This document shows, one piece after another, positions 1 to 7,641 of a DNA stretch of 64,000 bases; the stretch's first letter is position 1; the number at the start of each line of letters is the position of its first letter. The position numbers and the translations under genes were made by a program. This DNA comes from Rickettsiales bacterium (lineage in GTDB: Bacteria > Pseudomonadota > Alphaproteobacteria > Rickettsiales > UBA998). The DNA is taken from assembly GCA_036770365.1 (NCBI GenBank), contig DAIPJH010000002.1, positions 33,014 through 97,013 of the forward strand. The letters run 5' to 3'. The notes under the pieces are model-generated. The model did no database searches. It worked only from the letters and a program-made list of their open reading frames with translations, and was not told where the DNA came from.

Positions 1-416
1 CGATCAAAATCAATTGTATTATTGGGAAAGAATCTATTTCTGCACATTAACTCCGACTTTAAATCTTCCCATGCATTTAATGACTCTATGTCTTCATGCA
101 AAGCAGAATAACTTTTTCTTACAATGTCACCATTGTCTAGCACCTCACCTAAAAGTATTTGAGCTTTAGCTTCATTAATCATGTCACTAGGAAATAATGA
201 CCAATCATACATCAAACATTTTATTAATGGCCTACCACTACTGTCTATTTTATAGACACCTAACAAGAGCTCAAAGTAATCAATCAAATCTTTGGGATTA
301 ATTAAAGGCTGATTATCTGAATCACAAAAATTACATTTTCCACTTTCCTTAGATAATAAGGGGAAAATCTCCTTCTTCAGACCCTTATCGCCAAAACAAT
401 TAGGACAACATTTCAT
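1..416 (-). CDS. 5' part of a CDS running off the left edge: CxxC...CxxC zinc-ribbon N-terminal domain protein of the kind I recall fused to RES (NAD+-targeting) or HEPN effector domains
   Basis: Not in the supplied track because there is no stop inside the window. My own translation of the minus strand from ATG 416-414 gives MKCCPNCFGDKGLKKEIFPLLSKESGKCNFCDSDNQPLINPKDLIDYFELLLGVYKIDSSGRPL...WEDLKSELMCRNRFFPNNTIDFD, 138 codons without a stop. The ATG overlaps the TGA of the upstream gene (TGATG). Confidence 0.6.
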   Translation of the reverse strand, partial: MKCCPNCFGDKGLKKEIFPLLSKESGKCNFCDSDNQPLINPKDLIDYFELLLGVYKIDSSGRPLIKCLMYDWSLFPSDMINEAKAQILLGEVLDNGDIVRKSYSALHEDIESLNAWEDLKSELMCRNRFFPNNTIDFD

Positions 417-1291
417 CAGTCAACTCTCTGAGCAGACAAAAATCTAGCCATTGTTTCAATATGATGACGCATTGAGAGCTTTTTAACATACCCAAGGCCA
501 GGGAAATGTCGTCTTTCATATAAGCTTTTGAATTCCCTAATGGCACCAGTGTCATCAATCTTATTTTGTGGGCTATTAACACATCCCACCAAGAGATTCA
601 AAGCCTCTGCAAATTTTCCAGCTGGATCAGTTGGTGTGTTTTGCCGAATAGATTTAAAATGATGTATGAACATTACACTATCATTGACTTCATCAATGAA
701 AGTTATGTGAATAACAATGGTATATGCAGGACCACCTGTTTCAGAATAATTATCTCCCACTGTCAGAAAATCACCAAACCCCTGCACTCTCTCTAACTCA
801 TAAGTCACATGTAAGTCAGAAAACAACTCTAAATCAGGATAATCACGCCCCCTTTTTTGTTGAAAACCATCTCTAATTAGAACGGCATTGTTATTTCCCT
901 GAACGTCAAAATGCTTCTGATATAATTTACCGCAATTTTTTTCCAAAAAAATATGTTTGGTTATTTCATATCTGGTACTGATTACTTCTTTTAATTCTTT
1001 TGCTTTTGAGAAGCCTGCATGAACTAAAGCTACTTTTCTTGAAATATGACTATCTAAAAAATGACAAACCTCTCCGATTTCAGTCGTTTCAGATAAATAA
1101 AATCCTAAAATTATATTATTAGATGCTTGATATTTAATATTAATCAAGCCATTTATCTCAGCACCATCATCTCTATGATGACCAATTTGAGGATTCATAA
1201 TAACTATTGTTTCTACATTCTTCTCACACAAAACATCTAATGTTTTTTCTAGACCTGACAGCAGTCCTTTTACAGGCTCAATTATTGGCAC
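416..1291 (-). CDS. Beta-protein (PF14350-like) / sce7725-like family protein; the annotated GTG start is provisional and the true start is probably upstream
   Basis: Track ORF of 291 aa. The frame stays open upstream to the TAA of the preceding gene (1378-1376) and encodes ..SPYFRGKQYELITIRECVDIFACNGF. This looks like the conserved N-terminus I associate with Beta_protein/sce7725-type proteins. The stop TGA (418-416) overlaps the next ATG. No search was run. Confidence 0.55.
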   Translation of the reverse strand: MPIIEPVKGLLSGLEKTLDVLCEKNVETIVIMNPQIGHHRDDGAEINGLINIKYQASNNIILGFYLSETTEIGEVCHFLDSHISRKVALVHAGFSKAKELKEVISTRYEITKHIFLEKNCGKLYQKHFDVQGNNNAVLIRDGFQQKRGRDYPDLELFSDLHVTYELERVQGFGDFLTVGDNYSETGGPAYTIVIHITFIDEVNDSVMFIHHFKSIRQNTPTDPAGKFAEALNLLVGCVNSPQNKIDDTGAIREFKSLYERRHFPGLGYVKKLSMRHHIETMARFLSAQRVD

Positions 1292-1375
1292 AAAACCATT
1301 GCATGCGAAAATATCGACGCATTCTCGAATCGTAATTAATTCATATTGCTTGCCACGAAAATAAGGAGATACATC

Positions 1376-2272
1376 TTATATCCACTTTATTGCATCGCAT
1401 AGGGGAGTATTGATTGCACTCAACAAACGACTTGTTTCTTTCTTCTTCAAATTAGTTGATAATACCATAGGCTGAAGTGACTTGGGAATATCATTCATTA
1501 ATTCCTGTAATGGCATTAGATTTCGCGTTACCTTTAAAGTATTTACCATTGCGCGATGCACATCAACAGATTTTAATTTAATATACGTATTCCTCAACTC
1601 CTCGTACAAACATGTATTCGGAACATCAGGAATATCTAACCCCAATTCCTTAAGAATATTTTTTGCTTCCCGTAATTGCATTGAATCAAGAATAGATAGT
1701 GGGTTGGTGCGCTCAGGACGATTAACAGCAGCTCTTACTGTATTAATAGTAAACCGTTTAGTTAGCTTCATTACTCCCACTTCTTTGGGAACTAAATTCA
1801 ATATCGAATCAATATGATTCTCGCCAGCAATTACATTAACCCTAGCAAAAACATTCATATACGAATGCACTTGCTTTTCTAATCTAGCTAAGGAATCTCT
1901 TTCAGATTTAATTTCATAAGCCGTTGCCGTACCATTCAAAATCACATAATCAACTTTACAAGATTCAGCTCTAAACTCTGTTAGCATAGAAGCAGTTCTT
2001 AAATTATGCTCACCCAGCAATACTTTATGAGTTAATGCCGCTTTATATATATATTCATTACGTGCGTGTTTTACCTTTAAAACATCAAATGCTTTATCAA
2101 ACAAAGCCGCAACATTATCTCGTTCAGGACTTAAACCAAAAAGCCCAGTCTCTTTTATCAACTCAATTAGCAAAGGAGAGCGCCCACCAAAAGCCATCTC
2201 TCTGAATACAGATGCAGAGAAAAACCTTGAAGCAGCAGCAATTTGACCTTCTTGCATTTTTAATGCAATCAT
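1376..2272 (-). CDS. sce7726-like protein with a PD-(D/E)XK nuclease-type motif
   Basis: Track ORF of 298 aa. LTEFRAESCKVDYVILNGTATAYEIKSERDSLARL gives the E...D...ExK arrangement of PD-(D/E)XK nucleases. The overall pattern (NEYIYK ... YEIKSERD) matches my memory of the NCBI 'sce7726 family'. Confidence 0.55.
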   Translation of the reverse strand: MIALKMQEGQIAAASRFFSASVFREMAFGGRSPLLIELIKETGLFGLSPERDNVAALFDKAFDVLKVKHARNEYIYKAALTHKVLLGEHNLRTASMLTEFRAESCKVDYVILNGTATAYEIKSERDSLARLEKQVHSYMNVFARVNVIAGENHIDSILNLVPKEVGVMKLTKRFTINTVRAAVNRPERTNPLSILDSMQLREAKNILKELGLDIPDVPNTCLYEELRNTYIKLKSVDVHRAMVNTLKVTRNLMPLQELMNDIPKSLQPMVLSTNLKKKETSRLLSAINTPLCDAIKWI

Positions 2273-2413
2273 TTAGTAACCCTTCACCAATCATATCCTA
2301 ATTTTAACACTATATCTTTCAACCTTCAAAAGGTATCAAAGAAACCAGGCTTACAAATCATATGCCGTCAAATATTGTCACTCTAAAACCATTGATAACA
2401 GTGAGGAAGCCAG

Positions 2414-3232
2414 CTATTTCTTGGCAATATTTACATTTGAGATTGAAATTGCGTCATCCGACTGTTTAAGGTCTACAATTTCACTTTCCGTTTTATACTC
2501 TTCAACAACATCCTCCTTCACCATAACAATCTCCATGTCGTTCATTCTTTCTTTTAGTCCCATATTCAACCTCCCCAATACTCGCTTAATACCCATATGA
2601 GACAGTTTAGTAGAAAACGCTTCGTTTATCGACTTGGCAATCTTTTTATAGGATAGTCCTTCATCGCGTAATTTGAAAATCTCAGTGATGATTTTTACTT
2701 GCTCTGCATTCTCTTTCAAATACTTCTTCCCATCACTTTCCACAATATCAAAACCAAAAGGAATCAACCCTCCCGTATAACGCCCTTGTGACATAGCAAG
2801 CGCTTTGGATTCGGCAATGCGCTCTGCTATGCGTTCACGTTCAAACTGCGCCACCGCAGAAAGAATGGTAAAGACCATAGCGGCAATGCCATTGCCAGTT
2901 ACTTCACCCATATCTAGCAAAAATAGTTTGATTTTGCGCTTCTTGAACTCTTCTAATTGTTGGACGGCATCTCCAGCACTACGGAACATTCTATCTAACT
3001 TTAAGGCGATTACTTCATCACCATCTTTTAAAGTATCTAAGAGCTTTTTGCCGTTTGACCTGTCAGCTAGTGGTTTTGCACCTGATATGCCTTTATCAAC
3101 AAAAAACTTATCAATACCCTTTAGACCCTTTGATTTTGCTTCGCCTTCGATTCGAGAACGTTGAACCTCTAAACTATTTCCATTATCCACTTGGTCGATT
3201 GTGCTTACTCTGCAATATGCGTAGGTTGCCAT
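2414..3232 (-). CDS. serine recombinase (resolvase/invertase family)
   Basis: 272 aa. It has the N-terminal YAYCRVSTIDQ catalytic-Ser motif, plus GDEVIALKLDRMFRS and AQFERERIAERI from the resolvase catalytic domain. An HTH-like segment (LSYKKIAKSIN) is followed by an acidic tail. Confidence 0.9.
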   Translation of the reverse strand: MATYAYCRVSTIDQVDNGNSLEVQRSRIEGEAKSKGLKGIDKFFVDKGISGAKPLADRSNGKKLLDTLKDGDEVIALKLDRMFRSAGDAVQQLEEFKKRKIKLFLLDMGEVTGNGIAAMVFTILSAVAQFERERIAERIAESKALAMSQGRYTGGLIPFGFDIVESDGKKYLKENAEQVKIITEIFKLRDEGLSYKKIAKSINEAFSTKLSHMGIKRVLGRLNMGLKERMNDMEIVMVKEDVVEEYKTESEIVDLKQSDDAISISNVNIAKK

Positions 3233-3325
3233 AATTTCCTCCTATGATTTGTTGGCAGAACCAATCTTAAGAAAGAAAAGACATCCATCTCAATGAAATC
3301 TTCAAAGATAACATGGTCTTAGAAC

Positions 3326-3390
3326 TTAAACACGCGCACTTGCGCTAGATATGTAATATAAGTCTTCATCATGCAAATGCGTGTTTAAGA
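3326..3390. promoter_or_regulatory. 11-bp perfect inverted repeat pair (CTTAAACACGC ... GCGTGTTTAAG) in the divergent spacer between the recombinase and the 507-aa gene; possible operator or recombination site
   Basis: Read directly: arms at 3326-3336 and 3380-3390, with a nested palindrome GCGCA-CT-TGCGC at 3335-3346. It lies in a 331-bp AT-rich divergent intergenic region. Confidence 0.3.
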
Positions 3391-3563
3391 ATATAAACTA
3401 ACTTCTATTATGATTGGACAAAACAAAAACACAACACATCAAAAGCAATTCGCCTATCCTTCTGATTAAAAAAGGCTAAATTGCTTAGATTTTTATAACA
3501 AAAAAATATACGAGCGTTGTATAGAGAAGATATTATAAATAGAGCAGTGTGACATAAGAACCA

Positions 3564-5087
3564 ATGAAATCATCAGATAACATACTTAATATTGTAAAAC
3601 GTGTTGGCCCTTGCTTAACTTCAGATTTAATACAAGAAATGAGAGCTTTAGGTATTAGTGAGATCACAGCACGAAAACGCATACAACGCGAAAAAGATAT
3701 TATCCGATTAGCGGGCTTAAGATTCGAAAAAAATGCACGATTTGTTTATACTGAAGAGCAATACGGCACAGACCTATTTTGGGAGCGTTTAGAAAAAGCA
3801 TTTCATAAAGCAGGGAACTCCTATTGGTGCACAGTTGTTAGATTAAAATCTAAAGGTGGGATTGTTCCAAAATCAAACTTTTCTTGTATTACAGGAAGCC
3901 CTTTAGCTAGGAAACGCCACCTTTCACCACAACGTATTTTAGATCGGCTCATGGCTATCAATCTATTAGAAGAAACGGGTGACGGTGATGTAAAGTATAT
4001 TCAATTCAAACCAAAAAACTTTGTATACATAAACTTATCAGCAATAGAAGCATTAAACCTTGCTGAAAATATAGCTCTACAAAGCATTAGCAATTGGGCT
4101 CGTCGAATTGGGTTTGGCAGTTACAAAAGCTTTGCACTGCGTGGAGATATAAACCCTCCTCAAGTTTCAGGAATAATATGGGATTTAAGTGCACCGAGCT
4201 ATGTTAGACCTCTTGTGCAAATTACTGAAAATAACGCGCGTCCAGGCTTCATTGTGTGTGATATAAATTTACATACTTCTATTGAAGAAGAAGAAGCTGT
4301 AGCATTCATTCGCAAATGCAATCTTGCAAGTGCACCACCTGGTGTTGCTCCTATAATGCCAATGCTTATAGGGTATTCTTTTTCCTCGCAATCATTCTCT
4401 TTATTAAGGTCAAAAGGCATTCTAGCCATAACTATAGAAAATCTATTTGGCGAAGAAGTTGCAAAAGCACTTAAAGATTTAGTTACAATGCTAACCGATT
4501 TAGGGGCAAAAGCATCCGCAGATCCCAGCTATATTATTAAAGTTATGAATAGCTTATCAAAAATAGTGGGAAACACCGATAACTTACTAGGAGCATTATT
4601 TGAACTTGTTATCGGCTGTATAGTAAAGGATGTGGAGGGTGGTTTCTTACAAACTGGAAAGCGCATTACTAATAAGTCAGGCAAACCAGCAGAAATAGAT
4701 GTATATCTTGATATAACCAATAAAAATGAGATTTTAATCATAGAATGCAAGGCAAAAAACCCTTCCTCATTAGTAAGTGCAGATGATTTAAAGAAATGGT
4801 ATGAAGACAGAGTTCCATTGATATATGAAACTTTATCAAATGAAGGCTCATCATCCAAAAAGTTCAAATTTGAATTATGGACAAACAATGACTTTCACCC
4901 CGAAGCACAAACTTGGTTTAACAGCCAAATAAAAGATTGTGACAATTACTCGGTTGAAATAAAGAATGGCGAAGCGATTAAGGCTTATGCCTTGAAACTA
5001 CAAAACACTTCGCTCAGAGATACCCTTAATGAATTCTATTTTAGAAGCAATCTTCAGAAGGCAATCTCAATAAAGAATAAACCATAA
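3564..5087 (+). CDS. winged-helix + Mrr-like (PD-(D/E)XK) restriction-endonuclease-domain protein
   Basis: 507 aa. N-terminal wHTH-like segments are ILNIVKRVGPCLTSDLIQEMRALGISEITARKRIQR and LSPQRILDRLMAINLLEE. The C-terminal GALFELVIGCIV...GKPAEIDVYLD...ILIIECKAK forms an E/D/ExK core resembling Mrr-type catalytic domains. Confidence 0.5.
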   Translation: MKSSDNILNIVKRVGPCLTSDLIQEMRALGISEITARKRIQREKDIIRLAGLRFEKNARFVYTEEQYGTDLFWERLEKAFHKAGNSYWCTVVRLKSKGGIVPKSNFSCITGSPLARKRHLSPQRILDRLMAINLLEETGDGDVKYIQFKPKNFVYINLSAIEALNLAENIALQSISNWARRIGFGSYKSFALRGDINPPQVSGIIWDLSAPSYVRPLVQITENNARPGFIVCDINLHTSIEEEEAVAFIRKCNLASAPPGVAPIMPMLIGYSFSSQSFSLLRSKGILAITIENLFGEEVAKALKDLVTMLTDLGAKASADPSYIIKVMNSLSKIVGNTDNLLGALFELVIGCIVKDVEGGFLQTGKRITNKSGKPAEIDVYLDITNKNEILIIECKAKNPSSLVSADDLKKWYEDRVPLIYETLSNEGSSSKKFKFELWTNNDFHPEAQTWFNSQIKDCDNYSVEIKNGEAIKAYALKLQNTSLRDTLNEFYFRSNLQKAISIKNKP

Positions 5088-5154
5088 ATTTTTGATACTT
5101 TATCAATCTTGATTTATTTTTTTCTTTTACTTCCCTTTCCACAGACAAATCTAT

Positions 5155-5397
5155 AACATCGCTAGTGGAGCAGCAGTTTGTTGCTCTGGGGCTTAAGAAC
5201 CCCTCACTGAGCGGTCTGACGTGTTGCCGAAACGACATGTCGCTTCCTGCCTTTATGGCCGGGAGGCGGCAGTGTATGTCCATGCCTTACGGCTAAAAGA
5301 TTGTCGCGCCATCTCAGTGTGGTTCTTAACTCCCGGCTACCAGTAGCCAAATTTTCAATGAAACTCTTAATGAGTAATTTGGCTGGGGTTAAGAAGC
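5155..5397 (+). ncRNA. candidate structured RNA / 5' leader of the downstream ORF, with a motif, its complement, and a second motif copy over the ribosome-binding region
   Basis: A GC-richer block of about 190 nt sits inside an AT-rich 310-bp spacer. Hairpin 5218-5226/5233-5241 has two G-U pairs and only pairs on the + strand. Hairpin 5247-5272 is capped by the GNRA loop GGGA. The motif GGGGCTTAAGAACC is at 5188-5201, its complement GGTTCTTAACTCCC at 5321-5334, and a third copy GGGGTTAAGAA at 5385-5395, abutting ATG 5398. Confidence 0.35.
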
Positions 5398-5976
5398 ATG
5401 GCTACAGAGATTTATTATCATCCCAACATCATGCGAAAAAGGGAAGCAAGGTTTGTTAAGGAACTCATCAAAAGGGTTAAACCTGATAAAATTATCCACA
5501 GTAACTTTATTCTCCCTGCTTATTTGCTCCTAGAAAGCGTTGAGACTACCGAAATCATTCATTGGGTGAAACATAGCGCTCTTACACATAAACGCCGTAA
5601 TTCTGCTGTCCAAGAGCTAAATTTATGCCCCTCGACAATTAAAGTGGCTATTCACCCCAATCAAATAAGCTGTGATGTGGTCATTCATAACAACGGAAAG
5701 GCGCATTACATCGAGTTTCACGAAGATCAACACGCTCGACTCACTGTTAAACGCCCTGCGGTCATTTACACCCAAAATGGAGAACCTCTAACTGTTCCTC
5801 GCTACATTCAACGTCTAGTTAGGGATGTATGGCGAGTAAAGTACCTTCGCCCCTATAGTGTAATCTGGGCAGATTGGTTTGAACAAAACGGATTAGACAG
5901 TTTTAATTGTCACGCTTCAGCCTATCAAGAATACGTTTTGCCACAACGATGTAATTTTAAAGAACTCGGAATATAA
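5398..5976 (+). CDS. hypothetical protein, possible DUF559/Vsr-like (restriction-endonuclease fold) nuclease
   Basis: 192 aa. CDVVIHNNGKAHYIEFHEDQH resembles the D-x(n)-IE-x-(D/H)-x-x-H core of DUF559/Vsr-like endonucleases. No other family was recognised. Confidence 0.4.
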   Translation: MATEIYYHPNIMRKREARFVKELIKRVKPDKIIHSNFILPAYLLLESVETTEIIHWVKHSALTHKRRNSAVQELNLCPSTIKVAIHPNQISCDVVIHNNGKAHYIEFHEDQHARLTVKRPAVIYTQNGEPLTVPRYIQRLVRDVWRVKYLRPYSVIWADWFEQNGLDSFNCHASAYQEYVLPQRCNFKELGI

Positions 5977-6129
5977 TAAAGGCGATAACTCTAAAATATA
6001 AAGGTTTTTTGCGTAACCACGACATATTTTCCGTTCGCATAACCTACTATTAATTTATAGGTTCATGCAAAAAGTGTAGAATATGCAAAAAGCTTTTTCC
6101 TTTTTACACAAACTACACATACTGCATGC

Positions 6130-7641
6130 TTATATAAATTCATATAAACGTGGGTTTATCACATAGTTCTTTCGATGACATCCTGGTGTATCTCCTTCAC
6201 GTTCTTGCAATGGATACAGCCATTTGCATTCAATTAAATAATCTATCGCTTTTGCTAATCGCAGTCGTTCCCTTATTGGTGCACCCTGCATCCTATAAAA
6301 TTTTGTAAAGTTTATTTTTTCAGGGCGTTGCTTCAATATATACTTCGCAACTAAACGTGCATCCATCTCTTCAGAAGGAACCGCAAAGCCATAAAATACC
6401 CTTCGTGACATCGGAATAAAATATTCCATGATGAGGGTGATGGCATTTTCAATACTTTCTATGGAAATATATTCAAGTTCTTTTACCCCATCCTTTTCTA
6501 CCCATGACAAATATTCAAGAACTAAAGACAAGCGAAGCACCATACCGGGAGTTTTCCCGATAAAAGAGGTCAGTATGCCATTGGTATCTTTTTCCAATTC
6601 AGGAATTTGCATTTTCCATTCATCGAAGACATTTCTAGCAACATTCCTAAGTTTGATAACCTTACTTATAGGTACATTATTTTCATCAACACCCATCTCC
6701 AACATTCTCAATTTATTGAATGCAGCGAGTATAAAATCATTATCTGGCTTTACATCTGGACGTGGTTGAACTTGGTGGATGGGATTCACCACAAGAAACC
6801 TTGCAAAGAAACCATCATCAGGAGAATGTTTAAGTTCTTCCTCAAGCTTTTCTGGTTGTATGCCACCCAACAATGATACGCTGAAAGAGGGTACATGAAC
6901 GGTATTTTCATACCCCACCCTGTCTGCCGAATATGCGTCGCCATCATATGCGGAAAGATATGCTTCTTTATCTGAGCCACCATAACGCATAAAGTTCTTA
7001 ATCAACCCTGCCAACTCATCTCGCAGCATTAAAACCCCTCTGGGATTATCTGCCAGAACATTTCTGAGGGCTTCCACTGTAAGGTCAATAACAACCAACC
7101 TAGTTCTAGCTGGACGCTTAGGTTTTTCTGCTTCTTTTGGTTTTACTGGCAAGAACTCTTTGCCAGCTTTCAATGCTTTCTTGCATTGCTCCGTCCACGC
7201 GTTGAAATGTAATTCAGATACTTCACAATTAGCTTTCCATTCTTTTAATTGTTCTTCATGAGTGGCTACAAATTCACTTTCAATGCACATCAAAGGTTTT
7301 TTCACAATATCCAAGGCAGGGGATTTATTTGTAGATGGCAGTCCAACATGCATCCCCCATAAAATACATGGTTGCTCAAATCCCTCCCATGCCTGTACAC
7401 GCCTTGCATTTCCTATAACCGAAGCTGCACCAACTAAAATAGAAACCATTGCATAATCTACTGAACACCCCTTCACTTTGGATGAAACATTAATGCTTTG
7501 CTGCCAACGCTTGCTAAAGACTTGTAAGGGCACTTCAGGAGCAGAAGGTCTGTAATCCTCTGTAATCGTCATGTCAGGTTTTTCAAACGCTATATCTAAG
7601 CTAACTTTATTTCTAACTAGACGGATTTTTTGCTTAGCCAT
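6130..7641 (-). CDS. DUF3987 (YfjI-like) ATPase/helicase-like protein of integrative elements
   Basis: 503 aa. ILWGMHVGLPSTNKSPAL is P-loop-like and VLMLRDELAGL is Walker-B-like. The overall pattern matches DUF3987 proteins that accompany primases in P4-type elements. Its start overlaps the toprim gene end by 8 nt. Confidence 0.7.
   Translation of the reverse strand: MAKQKIRLVRNKVSLDIAFEKPDMTITEDYRPSAPEVPLQVFSKRWQQSINVSSKVKGCSVDYAMVSILVGAASVIGNARRVQAWEGFEQPCILWGMHVGLPSTNKSPALDIVKKPLMCIESEFVATHEEQLKEWKANCEVSELHFNAWTEQCKKALKAGKEFLPVKPKEAEKPKRPARTRLVVIDLTVEALRNVLADNPRGVLMLRDELAGLIKNFMRYGGSDKEAYLSAYDGDAYSADRVGYENTVHVPSFSVSLLGGIQPEKLEEELKHSPDDGFFARFLVVNPIHQVQPRPDVKPDNDFILAAFNKLRMLEMGVDENNVPISKVIKLRNVARNVFDEWKMQIPELEKDTNGILTSFIGKTPGMVLRLSLVLEYLSWVEKDGVKELEYISIESIENAITLIMEYFIPMSRRVFYGFAVPSEEMDARLVAKYILKQRPEKINFTKFYRMQGAPIRERLRLAKAIDYLIECKWLYPLQEREGDTPGCHRKNYVINPRLYEFI

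Noticed and set aside
2327-5103. Possible inverted repeats (CAAAAGGTATCAAAG at 2327-2341 versus TTTGATACTTTAT at 5091-5103) bracketing the recombinase + 507-aa gene as a nested cassette
   Set aside because: There are only 8 contiguous matching bases, which is expected by chance in AT-rich spacers.
5246-5272. Hairpin CUGCC...GCC-GGGA-GGC-GGCAG that superficially recalls SRP (4.5S) RNA domain IV
   Set aside because: Only the GNRA loop and a GGCAG string are shared. The conserved internal-loop context of SRP RNA is not present, and an island-borne ffs is implausible.
5041-5283. 80-aa minus-strand ORF running through the GC-richer structured block
   Set aside because: It overlaps the 3' end of the 507-aa CDS, has no convincing start context, and the G-U pairing pattern favours a plus-strand RNA. 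It is most likely a by-product of local GC richness.
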